From Oscillospiraceae bacterium (lineage in GTDB: Bacteria > Bacillota > Clostridia > Oscillospirales > CAG-272), in the NCBI GenBank assembly GCA_015063535.1, contig SVTY01000002.1:16034-80033 (forward strand): a DNA stretch of 64,000 nt, in the 5' to 3' direction. Made by a program: the position numbers and the translations under genes. Below are positions 17,864 to 27,680 of this stretch, one piece after another. Under the pieces are notes generated by a model. That model was given only the letters and a program-made list of their open reading frames with translations. It did no database searches and had not been told where the DNA came from. The number at the start of each line of letters is the position of its first letter. Within the stretch, counting starts at the first letter, position 1.

Positions 17864-18748
17864 ATGAAACTTTCAGTCAGCTCCTATTCCTTCCACTCCT
17901 ATATCAAGGAAGGAAAACTAACTCAACTCAGTGCCATCCGCAAGGCGGCAGAGCTGGGCTTTGAGGGTATTGAATTTACCGATCTTGCCCCCGTTTCGGG
18001 TCAAAAGCCCACCTTGGAGGAGCAGCTGGCATATGCCAAGGAGCTTCGTACCGAGGCAAAGACCTGTGGAATCGAGATCGTCGCCTATCTCATCGGTGCC
18101 AATCTCTACACAGGCGACCCACAAACCGATGCCGCCGAGGTGGCACGGGTCAAGGGACAGGTGGATGTAGCGGCGGCACTGGGCGTCAAGCTCATGCGCC
18201 ATGACGTCTGCCGTACCGAACGCTTTGGCGATCGGGTCCTCAGCTTCGACCGCATGCTTCCCACCATTGCCGCAAACGCCCGTGAGATCACCGAATACGC
18301 CGCCTCCTTGGGCATCCGCACCTGTAGCGAGAACCACGGCTTCATTGCGCAGGACAGCGACAGAGTGGAAAAGCTCTATCATGCGGTCGCTCATGAGAAT
18401 TACGGCATTTTGGTAGATATGGGCAACTTTGCCTGTGCCGATGAGGATTCGGCAAGGGCAGTCTCCCGTTTGGCACCCTATGCCATCCACGCCCACGCCA
18501 AGGACTTTTTGATCTTCCCCTACGATCAGAAGCCGGAGGAGGGTCTGCGTGCCTTCCAAAGTCGGGGATGCCGTTGGCTGGTAGGATGTGCGGTCGGTGA
18601 CGGGAGCATTCCCACCGGACAGTGCGTGGCGATCCTGAAGAAGGCAGGCTACAACGGCTGGTTGACCATCGAGTTTGAGGGGAACGGCGACTGTGTCGAA
18701 GGCATCGCCAAGGGCTTTGCCACCCTCAAGAAATATCTGACAGAATAA
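17864..18748 (+). CDS. sugar phosphate isomerase/epimerase (TIM barrel), second paralogue
   Basis: 294 aa with 'GFEGIEF', 'CSENHG', 'HAHAKD' and 'LTIEFEG' motifs. Confidence 0.75.
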   Translation: MKLSVSSYSFHSYIKEGKLTQLSAIRKAAELGFEGIEFTDLAPVSGQKPTLEEQLAYAKELRTEAKTCGIEIVAYLIGANLYTGDPQTDAAEVARVKGQVDVAAALGVKLMRHDVCRTERFGDRVLSFDRMLPTIAANAREITEYAASLGIRTCSENHGFIAQDSDRVEKLYHAVAHENYGILVDMGNFACADEDSARAVSRLAPYAIHAHAKDFLIFPYDQKPEEGLRAFQSRGCRWLVGCAVGDGSIPTGQCVAILKKAGYNGWLTIEFEGNGDCVEGIAKGFATLKKYLTE

Positions 18749-18750
18749 AC

Positions 18751-18784
18751 ACAATTGGGCAGATGCACGCATCTGCCCAATTGT
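18751..18784. terminator. bidirectional GC-rich hairpin between convergent genes
   Basis: ACAATTGGGCAGATG CACG CATCTGCCCAATTGT, a perfect 15-bp stem. Confidence 0.7.
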
Positions 18785-19426
18785 CTATTTGACCCCGAAA
18801 AGATCTTCTTCCTCACACGTGAACGTCATCGTCTCCCCCGTCGTCGGGTGCGGGAAGCACAGCCGACAGGCAAGCAGAGCCAATGCCCCCTCTCCCTTCG
18901 GTGCGCCGTACCGACGGTCGCCCCGCAAAGGAAGCCCACGAGAGGCAAACTGCACACGGATCTGATGCGTGCGTCCCGTCAGAAGCCGTACCCAAACCAA
19001 GGTATATGCCCCTTCGGTTCGGATCACCCGATACCGCAAGACCGCTTCCCTCACACCTCGCCGTTCTCGGTCAACGACATAGCTTTTACTCCGTCGGCGG
19101 TCATAAAACAACAGATCCCTCATCTCCCCTTCCGGCTCTGTCGGCGTACCGCACAGCACCGCCAAATACTCCTTTTGAAGCCGTCCCTCCGCAATGGCGG
19201 CGGACAGGGCAGCGGCGGCGGCAGACGTGCGGGCATAGACCATCAGCCCCTCAGTCTCCCGATCCAGCCGATGCACGGGAAAGACCGCCGTATTCGTCTC
19301 GCCCCGCTCCCTCAACGTTCGGGCAAGCAATGTGGGAAGCGCCTGCTCCCCCTCTCCCTCGGAGAGCCATCCCGCCGACTTTCGGCAAACGATCACCTGC
19401 CCGTCGGCATATACAATATGTACCAT
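18785..19426 (-). CDS. RluA-family pseudouridine synthase (no S4 domain)
   Basis: 213 aa with 'HRLDRETEGL' catalytic Asp motif and 'GRTHQIRVQ'. Confidence 0.85.
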   Translation of the reverse strand: MVHIVYADGQVIVCRKSAGWLSEGEGEQALPTLLARTLRERGETNTAVFPVHRLDRETEGLMVYARTSAAAAALSAAIAEGRLQKEYLAVLCGTPTEPEGEMRDLLFYDRRRSKSYVVDRERRGVREAVLRYRVIRTEGAYTLVWVRLLTGRTHQIRVQFASRGLPLRGDRRYGAPKGEGALALLACRLCFPHPTTGETMTFTCEEEDLFGVK

Positions 19427-19478
19427 AGTCCCCCATCGGAATGGGCTTACACAGGGCTACCCTGTCCCATCCCGTTTT

Positions 19479-19733
19479 TCAATCGGATATCCACGAACAC
19501 AGCCTACGCAAAAGGGCAACGATCAGTACCACGGCACCGGCGATCGCCAAAAGCCGCCACAGCTTCTGACGCCCTGAGCCCTTCAGATGACAGGAGCATT
19601 CGGGAGAATGCGTCGAATCGTCCGCATACAGCGACAGCGTCATATCGTAGTCCTTTCCCATGCTGTATTCGCACAGTGCGCCAAAGCCCTTCGCAAGCTT
19701 ACGGCACACCGTACAGTCTTTGAGTGATCTCAT
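19479..19733 (-). CDS. hypothetical Cys-rich tail-anchored membrane protein
   Basis: ATG at 19733 with AAAGGAG 6 nt upstream. 84 aa with a C-terminal hydrophobic helix 'LLAIAGAVVLIVALL'. Sits downstream of zapA on the same strand. No family recognised. Confidence 0.4.
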   Translation of the reverse strand: MRSLKDCTVCRKLAKGFGALCEYSMGKDYDMTLSLYADDSTHSPECSCHLKGSGRQKLWRLLAIAGAVVLIVALLRRLCSWISD

Positions 19734-19819
19734 GGCTCGGCTCCTTTCGGATGATCGGATATCCACAGACATCCGTTGCCGTTAGTATACCGAAAAAACC
19801 TTCTTTCTATACCCCGACT

Positions 19820-20143
19820 TTATTTTGCGATCATCATTTTCAGCTCTTCCAGCTCTCTCCGCAGATTCTCGTTTTCGGTCTCCATCTCCTCCATTGCCGT
19901 CTCGGTAAAGGCAAGCTTTGTCTCCAACGCCTTCACCTTCCGCTGAGATTTGATCCGCTCCGAGCAATAATCCAAAGCACAAAGCAGAGCCGCCTCACTC
20001 TTGGGACAAGCACCGTTCGGTCCCAAAATTTCCCGCATCTTCCGATCCACCAGCCCCACCAAGGACTCCACCGCCTCGGGGGATTCATCGGTCACCACGT
20101 TCATTTGCACATCCGCAATGGTAATTGTGTACTTCTGTTTCAT
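19820..20143 (-). CDS. zapA: cell division protein ZapA
   Basis: 107 aa. An N-terminal 'YTITIADVQMNVVTDESPE' ZapA-like domain followed by a C-terminal coiled coil. Confidence 0.75.
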   Translation of the reverse strand: MKQKYTITIADVQMNVVTDESPEAVESLVGLVDRKMREILGPNGACPKSEAALLCALDYCSERIKSQRKVKALETKLAFTETAMEEMETENENLRRELEELKMMIAK

Positions 20144-20196
20144 AACATTCCTCCGTCATACTCTCGTTTTTCTTTTTTCTTTTTTCGCTCAGCTAC

Positions 20197-20225
20197 TTGA
20201 AATACGCAAAAAAAGAGTGTATAAT
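20197..20225 (+). promoter_or_regulatory. sigma-A-type promoter for proB
   Basis: TTGAAA, 17-nt spacer, TATAAT. Confidence 0.5.
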
Positions 20226-20306
20226 ATATGTTACTATTATTATAATACAAATCTCTCGGTTTTTAAAGAGGATTTGAAAAAATTTATAGAAAGAATCGAA
20301 AAAACT

Positions 20307-21095
20307 ATGAACTACTTCAGAGACAGTCATCGCATCGTGGTCAAGCTGGGAACCTCCACCCTGACCCATTCCACGGGGCACCTGAATCTGCGCCGTATCG
20401 AAGCCTTGGTCAAGGTTCTGTCGGACATGCAAAATTCGGGGATCCAGATCATCCTCGTCTCCTCCGGCGCCGTCAGCGCAGGCGTTGCCAAGGTCGGATT
20501 CGGGCAGAAGCCCACCACCATGGCAGATAAGCAGGCCATGGCAGCAATCGGGCAAAGCGAGCTGATGAAGCTGTATGACCGCCTGTTCTCGGATTACGGT
20601 CATACCGTGGCGCAGATCCTCATGACCAAGGATATTCTGGCAAATCCCGAGCGGAGAGCGGCGGCAGAAAACACCTTCAACCGTCTGCTTGAGATGCGTT
20701 GCATCCCCATCGTCAACGAAAACGATCCCGTCTCCACCGATGAGCTGACCAAATTCGGAGGAAACGATATCCTGTCGGCTTACGTGGCACAGTTCTGCAA
20801 GGCGGATCTGTTGCTCAACCTGTCCGACGTGGACGGTCTGTACGACAGCGATCCCCGTACCAACCCCGACGCCAAGCTCATCAGCCGTGTGGATGACCTT
20901 GACGCACTCGAAGCCAGTGCGGGCGGAGCGGGCACCGACCGAGGCACCGGCGGTATGATCGCCAAGCTCCAAGCCGCCCGCATCGTCACCGAGTCGGGCA
21001 TTCCCATGTTCATCCTCAACGGACATGACCCGGAGCTGCTCTATACCCTGCTGGACGGCGGCCACGTGGGAACGTATTTTAAAAGTAAGAAGTAA
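20307..21095 (+). CDS. proB: glutamate 5-kinase (no PUA domain)
   Basis: ATG at 20307 within the longer ORF. Has 'VVKLGTS', 'LVSSGAV' and 'NENDPVSTDE' motifs. Confidence 0.85.
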   Translation: MNYFRDSHRIVVKLGTSTLTHSTGHLNLRRIEALVKVLSDMQNSGIQIILVSSGAVSAGVAKVGFGQKPTTMADKQAMAAIGQSELMKLYDRLFSDYGHTVAQILMTKDILANPERRAAAENTFNRLLEMRCIPIVNENDPVSTDELTKFGGNDILSAYVAQFCKADLLLNLSDVDGLYDSDPRTNPDAKLISRVDDLDALEASAGGAGTDRGTGGMIAKLQAARIVTESGIPMFILNGHDPELLYTLLDGGHVGTYFKSKK

Positions 21096-21109
21096 AAAGG
21101 AAGAGGGTT

Positions 21110-21802
21110 ATGAACCAAAAGCAAAAAAAGGAGCGGATGACCGAGATCGTCGCCGCCCTGGAGCAGCTCTACCCCGAGGCGGTCTGTGCGCTGGAATACG
21201 GCGGCGAGCCGTGGCGGCTGCTTGTCATGGCAAGGCTGTCGGCGCAATGCACCGATGCCAGAGTCAATCTGGTCTGCCGTGACCTCTTTGCCGCCTACCC
21301 CACTCCCCGTGCCTTGGCGGATGCCCCCTTGGAGAACATCGAAACGATCGTCCGTCCCTGCGGACTGTTTCACACCAAGGCGCAGAGCATCAAGGAGGCG
21401 TGCGGCATCCTGTGCGACCGCTACGGAGGAAGCATCCCCGACACCATGGAGGAGCTGTTGGCACTTCCCGGCGTGGGACGGAAGATCGCCAATCTTCTGT
21501 TGGGCGATATCTTCGGCAAGCCCGCCGTGGTCACCGATACCCACTGTATCCGTATCTGCGGACGCTTCGGTATGTATCCCACCGAGCTGAAGGAGCCCCA
21601 TAAGGTCGAACAGATCCTTGTCCGCCTGATAGAGCCCGAAAAGCAATCCGATTTTTGCCATCGGGTCGTCCAATTCGGCAGAGATATCTGTACGGCACGG
21701 GCACCAAAATGCGACACCTGCCCACTGGGAGCCCTATGTGAATATAAAATAAGAAAAAAACACAAGGAAAAAGAAAAAAAGTCTATTGACTTACCCACAT
21801 AA
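21110..21802 (+). CDS. nth: endonuclease III
   Basis: 230 aa with HhH 'LPGVGRKIANLL' and 4Fe-4S ligands 'CTARAPKCDTCPLGALC'. Confidence 0.9.
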   Translation: MNQKQKKERMTEIVAALEQLYPEAVCALEYGGEPWRLLVMARLSAQCTDARVNLVCRDLFAAYPTPRALADAPLENIETIVRPCGLFHTKAQSIKEACGILCDRYGGSIPDTMEELLALPGVGRKIANLLLGDIFGKPAVVTDTHCIRICGRFGMYPTELKEPHKVEQILVRLIEPEKQSDFCHRVVQFGRDICTARAPKCDTCPLGALCEYKIRKKHKEKEKKSIDLPT

Positions 21803-21814
21803 ATTGTCTATAAT
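21786..21814 (+). promoter_or_regulatory. sigma-A-type promoter for glcK
   Basis: TTGACT, 17-nt spacer, TATAAT. Overlaps the 3' end of nth. Confidence 0.5.
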
Positions 21815-21849
21815 ATAAGTAATCAATAAACCAAACGGAGGAACCAACC

Positions 21850-22794
21850 ATGTACAGAATCGGAGTGGATCTGGGCGGTACGAATATCGCCGTAGGTCTT
21901 GTCAACGAAGAAATGCAGATCGTCAAAAAGAAGAGCACGCCCACAGGAGCAGAACGCCCCGGCGAGGAGATCGTCAAGGATATTGCCGCCCTCTGCCGTG
22001 ATCTCTGTGCCGAGGAGAATGTCGACCCCAAAACCCTTGCCTGCATCGGCATCGCCACCCCCGGCATCGCCAACCACGATACAGGCGTGGTGGAATACGC
22101 CAATAACCTTCCCTTCCGCAAATTTCCCATCGCTGACCTGCTGGAAAAGGAGCTGGGGGTAGAAAACGTCCGCATCGAGAACGATGCCAATGCCGCCGCA
22201 TGGGGCGAGGCAATGGCAGGTGCCGCCAAGGGAACGAAAAACAGCGTTATGATCACGCTGGGAACCGGCGTCGGCGGCGGGATCATCATTGATAATAAAA
22301 TTTATTCGGGCTTCAACTACGCCGGAGCCGAGCTGGGACACATCGTTATCGAGGTAGACGGTGCGCCCTGCTCCTGCGGACGAAAGGGCTGCTGGGAGGC
22401 ATACTCCTCCGCATCGGCTCTCATCCGTATGACCAAGGAAAAGATCGACTATTGCCGCACCGTCGGCAGAGCGACCCTTATGTCCGATCAGCCCAAGGTA
22501 TCGGGCAGAACGGCGTGCGATGCCATGCGGGCAGGCGACTCTGCTGCCAAGGAGGTCTATGACGAGTATATCAAATATCTGGCAGCGGGGCTGACCAACA
22601 TCGTCAACATCTTCCAGCCCGAGGTGATCTCTTTGGGAGGCGGTGTGTCGGGTGAGGGTCAATCGCTCATTGACGCTCTTTTACCCACCATTCGCAAGGA
22701 ACAGTACGGCGGCGGTGTCGTTCCCCAGACCGAGATCCGTATTGCCAAGCTCGGCAACGATGCCGGTATCATCGGTGCCGCCATGTTAAAATAA
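21850..22794 (+). CDS. glcK: ROK family glucokinase
   Basis: 314 aa with 'GVDLGGTN' and the ROK zinc motif 'CSCGRKGCWE'. Confidence 0.85.
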   Translation: MYRIGVDLGGTNIAVGLVNEEMQIVKKKSTPTGAERPGEEIVKDIAALCRDLCAEENVDPKTLACIGIATPGIANHDTGVVEYANNLPFRKFPIADLLEKELGVENVRIENDANAAAWGEAMAGAAKGTKNSVMITLGTGVGGGIIIDNKIYSGFNYAGAELGHIVIEVDGAPCSCGRKGCWEAYSSASALIRMTKEKIDYCRTVGRATLMSDQPKVSGRTACDAMRAGDSAAKEVYDEYIKYLAAGLTNIVNIFQPEVISLGGGVSGEGQSLIDALLPTIRKEQYGGGVVPQTEIRIAKLGNDAGIIGAAMLK

Positions 22795-22895
22795 AAAATA
22801 AAGAAAGAAGATACGATGGGGAAAACTTCTTAAAAGAAGCTTTCCCCATACCCCTTTCAAGAATTTTTAAACTTTAAAAATAAGGAGCTTGAATC

Positions 22896-23984
22896 ATGAG
22901 CAACGAAGTACAACAACACCCCGACCGCCTGATGCTGCCGGGCGACGATCAAATTCAGGACGCTGATCTTCGGTATCACGACGTACTGGAGAATACCGCC
23001 TTTGACCTGTACGGTCTGTACAACCCCAGAGAGGAGGGCGGCTTCAAGCGCATGCCCGATGAAATTGCCAAAGCGGTCAGTTCGGGCGTCGCATATCTGT
23101 ACACCAATACCGCAGGCGGACGCATCCGCTTCTGCACCGACTCCGCCTATGTGGCGATCCGCCTGACCCTCCCCAGGATCACCCGTTTTTCCCACATGAC
23201 CCTCATCGGCACATCGGGTGCCGACCTGTACGAGGATCATCCCGAAACAGACCGTTCTTACCACATCGGCACCTTCCGCCCGTCCGCATCCATGACGGAG
23301 GGCTACGCCTCCATCTTCCGCTTCGGCACTCGTAAGCGTCGCTATCTGACGATCAATCTGCCCCTATATAACGATGTGAGCCGTGTGGAGATCGGCTTGC
23401 AGGAGGATGCCTTCGTCGAGGGTGGCATGAAGTACAGAAATACCCTGCCCGTGATCTTTTACGGAAGCTCCATTACCCAGGGAGCCTGTGCCTCCCGCCC
23501 GGGACTTTGCTACCAGAACATGATCGCCCGTCGGCTGAACATGGACTACATCAATCTGGGCTTTTCAGGATGCTGCATAGCAGAGGATACCATCGTGGAC
23601 TACATGGCAGACCTGCCCATGAGTGCCTTCGTCTCCGACTACGACCACAACACCCCCAACGCAGAGCATCTGAGGAATACCCATTGCAAAATGTATCAAA
23701 AAATTCGGGAAAAGAACCCCGACATTCCCTACATCATGATCTCCATGTGTGATTTTATCCACCATTGGAATCAAGCGATCCTCCGTCGGGACGTGATCTT
23801 CGACACCTACCGCTTTGCCCGTGAGCAAGGCGACAAAAACGTCTATTACATCGACGGAGAGAGCTTCTTTAAGGGAGAATGGGAGGACTGCTGCACCATG
23901 GAAGGAACCCACCCCAACGATCTGGGCTTCCACTTCATGGCGGAAAAGATCGGCAACACCCTTGGAAAGCTGATCTTAAAGTAA
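22896..23984 (+). CDS. two-domain SGNH/GDSL hydrolase (esterase), paralogue 1
   Basis: 362 aa. An N-terminal beta-rich domain, then 'FYGSSITQG' block I and 'THPND' block V. Confidence 0.75.
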   Translation: MSNEVQQHPDRLMLPGDDQIQDADLRYHDVLENTAFDLYGLYNPREEGGFKRMPDEIAKAVSSGVAYLYTNTAGGRIRFCTDSAYVAIRLTLPRITRFSHMTLIGTSGADLYEDHPETDRSYHIGTFRPSASMTEGYASIFRFGTRKRRYLTINLPLYNDVSRVEIGLQEDAFVEGGMKYRNTLPVIFYGSSITQGACASRPGLCYQNMIARRLNMDYINLGFSGCCIAEDTIVDYMADLPMSAFVSDYDHNTPNAEHLRNTHCKMYQKIREKNPDIPYIMISMCDFIHHWNQAILRRDVIFDTYRFAREQGDKNVYYIDGESFFKGEWEDCCTMEGTHPNDLGFHFMAEKIGNTLGKLILK

Positions 23985-24009
23985 AAAATAAAAAAGGAAG
24001 GAAATTTTC

Positions 24010-25083
24010 ATGAGTACCGAAGCACAAAACACCGTTGTTTATATTGGCGAAGAAGCCATCAAAGAAACCGACATCCGCTACTGCGATGTCCGCAAAAAGC
24101 CCTTTGATCTGTACGGCTTTTATAACCCTCAAACCGAATCCGAGCTGATTCGTCTCCCCCATGCGCTGGCAGAGGTCAGCGAGGGCGTGCGGACCCACTA
24201 TAAGCACAGTGCCGGTGCGAGGGTTCGCTTCTGCACCGACTCCTCCTATGTAGTCATCCGAGGACGCATGACCGAGGTCGGTCGGCACCCCGTAATCACC
24301 TTTTCCTGCACAGCGGGCTTCGACCTGTATCGGGACGAGCCGCAGACCGAGCGCTCGGTCTTTTGTGCGGGACTGATGCCCTCCTCCCGCACCACCGACG
24401 GCTTCGCCTTGATCCATCGCTTCCCCGACCGCCGTTTGCGCTATCTGACACTCTATCTTCCCATGCACAGCGCCCTCCGTTCCTTGGAGATCGGCTTGCA
24501 GGAGGATGCCGCCGTCGGCGAGGGCATGCCCTATCGCAACACCCTGCCCGTGGTCTTTTACGGCAGCTCCATCACCCAGGGGGTCAGTGCCTCCCGTGCG
24601 GGCAATTCCTATGTCAGCATGATCAGCCGCCGCTATAATATGAATGTTCTGAATTTAGGTCTTGCGGGAAGCTGTAAGGCAGAGGACCCCATCGTGGATC
24701 ATCTGTCCACCCTTTCAATGAGCGCCTTCGTATCGGACTATGACTACAATGCCCCTTCGGTAGAGTATCTGCGAAATACACACTGCAAAATGTACCAAAA
24801 GATTCGGGGGGCACACCCCGATATTCCCTATATCATGATCTCCCGCCCCAACTTCTCGGCAAATTCCGAGGACAATGCCAACCGTCGGGATGTCATCATG
24901 AACACCTACCGCTATGCCAGAGAGCAGGGCGATAAAAACGTGTACTACATCGACGGCGAGAGCTTCTTCAAAGGAGAATGGGAGGATTCCTGCACCGTAG
25001 ACGGCGTACATCCCAACGATTTGGGCTTTCATTTCATGGCAGAAAAGATCGGCAACACCCTTGGAAAACTGATCCTTTCCTAA
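24010..25083 (+). CDS. two-domain SGNH/GDSL hydrolase (esterase), paralogue 2
   Basis: 357 aa, same architecture. The last ~55 aa are nearly identical to paralogue 1. Confidence 0.75.
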   Translation: MSTEAQNTVVYIGEEAIKETDIRYCDVRKKPFDLYGFYNPQTESELIRLPHALAEVSEGVRTHYKHSAGARVRFCTDSSYVVIRGRMTEVGRHPVITFSCTAGFDLYRDEPQTERSVFCAGLMPSSRTTDGFALIHRFPDRRLRYLTLYLPMHSALRSLEIGLQEDAAVGEGMPYRNTLPVVFYGSSITQGVSASRAGNSYVSMISRRYNMNVLNLGLAGSCKAEDPIVDHLSTLSMSAFVSDYDYNAPSVEYLRNTHCKMYQKIRGAHPDIPYIMISRPNFSANSEDNANRRDVIMNTYRYAREQGDKNVYYIDGESFFKGEWEDSCTVDGVHPNDLGFHFMAEKIGNTLGKLILS

Positions 25084-25193
25084 AAAATTTGTTAAAAAAA
25101 GGAATTTTTTTAAAAACCCCCTGTACAAACCCAAAAAAACGTGGTAAAATAATAGGCGATGATTTTATTTTTCATGTGCAAAGGAGTACAACG

Positions 25194-25892
25194 ATGAAAA
25201 AGCTTTACGAAGGAAAAACCAAGGATGTATTTGCGCTCGATAACGGCAACGTGCTGTTGAAATTCAAGGACGATTGCACCGGCAAGGACGGCGTGTTCGA
25301 TCCGGGAGAAAACAGCGTGGGATTGACCATCGAGGGTATTGGACGGGCAAATCTCGAAACCTCCGTCTACTATTTTGAAATGCTGAAGAAAGCGGGCATC
25401 AAGACCCACTATGTCAGCGCCAACGTACAGGATGCTACCATGGAGGTCCTTCCCGCCGAATGCTTCGGCAAGGAGCTGGGCGGCGGCGGACTGGAGGTCA
25501 TTTGCCGACTGGTCGCCACCGGTAGCTTTATCCGCCGCTACGGCGAATATATCAAGGACGGCACCCCCTTGGAGGGTGGCTATGTGGAATGCACCTTCAA
25601 GAACGATGCCAAGGGCGACCCGCTGGTAACGGGAGAAGGCCTTGTAGCACTGAAGGTCATGACCGCCGAGATGTTTGAGAGCCTGAAGGCGCAGACCCTT
25701 GCCATTACCAAGATCGTGGCAGATGACCTCAAAACCATCGGTCTGGATCTGTGGGATATCAAATTTGAGTTCGGCTATAACAACGGCGAGGTCATTCTCA
25801 TTGACGAGATCGCCTCCGGCAACATGCGTGTCTATAAGGACGGCACCATCGTCAGCCCCGTTGAGCTGACCAAGCTCATCCTGAACCGATAA
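25194..25892 (+). CDS. purC: phosphoribosylaminoimidazole-succinocarboxamide synthase
   Basis: ATG at 25194 with RBS AAGGAG. Has '[10 protein letters not shown]' and 'DEISPDNMR'-like 'DEIASGNMR' motifs. Confidence 0.9.
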   Translation: MKKLYEGKTKDVFALDNGNVLLKFKDDCTGKDGVFDPGENSVGLTIEGIGRANLETSVYYFEMLKKAGIKTHYVSANVQDATMEVLPAECFGKELGGGGLEVICRLVATGSFIRRYGEYIKDGTPLEGGYVECTFKNDAKGDPLVTGEGLVALKVMTAEMFESLKAQTLAITKIVADDLKTIGLDLWDIKFEFGYNNGEVILIDEIASGNMRVYKDGTIVSPVELTKLILNR

Positions 25893-25900
25893 AATCAAAC

Positions 25901-25941
25901 AACTTCCCCGATGATGGAACCGTCATCGGGGAAGTTTTGTT
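25901..25941 (+). terminator. intrinsic terminator of purC
   Basis: AACTTCCCCGATGA...TCATCGGGGAAGTT followed by TTTGTT. Confidence 0.7.
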
Positions 25942-25981
25942 CTATGCAAATGAACCTTCAAAGCCTTCCTATCAGAAGCAA

Positions 25982-26050
25982 CGGGCGACCACAGGTCACC
26001 CCTACGAAAAAATACCCTACATACCCGTAGGGGCGACCTGTGGTCGCCCG
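25982..26050. repeat. inverted pair of TGTAGGG/CGTAGGG-type REP-like hairpin units
   Basis: CGGGCGACCACAGGTCACCCCTACG, 19 nt, CGTAGGGGCGACCTGTGGTCGCCCG. Each 25-mer is itself a hairpin (GGGCGACC/GGTCGCCC). Confidence 0.8.
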
Positions 26051-26138
26051 AACAAAAAATCTGTGTCGGCTTTTTTCCCGCACCCTCTGCGAAAAAAATT
26101 AAAACTTTCGTAAAAATGCCGTAATTTTATGAAAGCTA

Positions 26139-26167
26139 TTGACAAAATTTGCGGTTTATGGTATTAT
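26139..26167 (+). promoter_or_regulatory. sigma-A-type promoter upstream of rfbH-like gene
   Basis: TTGACA, 17-nt spacer, TATTAT, with TG two nt upstream of the -10. Confidence 0.5.
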
Positions 26168-26269
26168 AATCTAAAGATATTTTGCACTTTTTGGGAATGA
26201 CTTCCAACAAAATGCAAAATACTAAACCATGCACTATTGCATAACAAACAAGAAGGGATTTATTTCATC

Positions 26270-27610
26270 ATGATGAATCATTCGGTAAACGAGAGGGAAG
26301 CAAGAGAAGCGATCCTCCGTCAAGTCAAGGAATACTGCGAGACCTACCATAAGAAAGCACCCTATAAGGAGGGCGACCGCATCTCCTATGCCTCCCGTGT
26401 CTATGACAGCGAGGAAATGTGCAATCTGGTCGATTCTGCACTGGAGTTTTGGCTCACCGCAGGTCGCTACACCGACCAATTCGAAAAGGAATTTGCCGAG
26501 TATCTGGGCGTGCGCCATTGCAGCGTCGTCAACTCCGGCTCCTCCGCCAACCTGTTGGCATTCATGACCCTGACCTCTCCCCTGTTGGGTGAGAAGGCAG
26601 TCAAGCTGGGCGATGAGGTCATCACCGTTGCCGCCGGCTTCCCCACCACCGTCACCCCCATCATCCAGTACGGAGCCATTCCCGTGTTCGTGGATGTCAC
26701 CATTCCCCAGTACAATATTGACGTAACCATGTTAGAGGCGGCTTTGTCCGACAAGACCAAGGCGGTCATGATCGCCCATACCTTGGGCAACCCCTTTGAT
26801 CTCGGTGCTGTCAAGGCATTCTGCGATAAGCACGGTCTGTGGCTTGTCGAGGATAACTGTGACGCGCTTGGCTCGGAATATACCCTTGACGGCAAGACCT
26901 ATAAGACAGGAACCGTCGGCGATATCGGTACCAGCAGCTTCTATCCCCCCCACCATATGACCATGGGCGAGGGTGGTGCTACCTACACCGATAATCCCCT
27001 GCTTGCCAAGATCATGCGTTCTCTGCGTGACTGGGGACGGGATTGTATTTGCCCCTCCGGCATGGACAACCTGTGCAAGCACCGCTTCGACCGTCAGTAC
27101 GGCGAGCTTCCCTTGGGCTATGACCATAAATATGTATACTCTCACTTTGGCTACAACCTGAAGGCATCCGACATGCAGGCAGCTGTGGGCTGTGCGCAGC
27201 TGAAGAAGTTCCCCTCCTTCGTGGAACGCCGCCGCCATAACTTTGCTTATTTAAAGGAAAAGCTGGCACCCGTAGCGGACAAGCTGATCCTTCCCGTAGC
27301 TTGCGACAATTCCAACCCCTCCTGGTTCGGCTTCCTCTTGACCTGCGCCGAGGGAGTAGACCGTGAAAAGGTCGTTCCCTATATCGAGGAGCGAGGCGTT
27401 CAGACCAGAATGCTCTTTGCGGGCAACCTGACCAAGCATCCCTGCTTTGACGAAATGCGGAAGACCGGTACAGGCTACCGCATTGTCGGCGATCTGAAGA
27501 ATACCGACCGCATCATGACCGACACCTTCTGGGTCGGCGTTTACCCCGGCATGACCGACGAAATGCTCGATTATATGGCAAAGACCATCATCGAAGCGCT
27601 GTCCGTATAA
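26270..27610 (+). CDS. rfbH: DegT/DnrJ/EryC1-family PLP/PMP enzyme, RfbH (CDP-4-keto-6-deoxyglucose 3-dehydrase)-like
   Basis: About 446 aa from ATG 26270. 'RVYDSEE', 'NSGSSANLLA' and 'FYPPHHMTMGEGG' match my recollection of RfbH/DdhC-type proteins. Confidence 0.75.
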   Translation: MMNHSVNEREAREAILRQVKEYCETYHKKAPYKEGDRISYASRVYDSEEMCNLVDSALEFWLTAGRYTDQFEKEFAEYLGVRHCSVVNSGSSANLLAFMTLTSPLLGEKAVKLGDEVITVAAGFPTTVTPIIQYGAIPVFVDVTIPQYNIDVTMLEAALSDKTKAVMIAHTLGNPFDLGAVKAFCDKHGLWLVEDNCDALGSEYTLDGKTYKTGTVGDIGTSSFYPPHHMTMGEGGATYTDNPLLAKIMRSLRDWGRDCICPSGMDNLCKHRFDRQYGELPLGYDHKYVYSHFGYNLKASDMQAAVGCAQLKKFPSFVERRRHNFAYLKEKLAPVADKLILPVACDNSNPSWFGFLLTCAEGVDREKVVPYIEERGVQTRMLFAGNLTKHPCFDEMRKTGTGYRIVGDLKNTDRIMTDTFWVGVYPGMTDEMLDYMAKTIIEALSV

Positions 27611-27680
27611 ATACCCACCACCGTCAAACTATGTTTGACGGTGGTGGCGTTAAGTTAAAAAGAAAGGAAAAAACACTTCT

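Noticed and set aside
23800-25083. Possible recent gene conversion between the 3' ends of the two SGNH genes.
   Set aside because: The nucleotide alignment of the near-identical protein tails shows many synonymous differences. Conservation therefore appears selective, not a recent DNA-level exchange.
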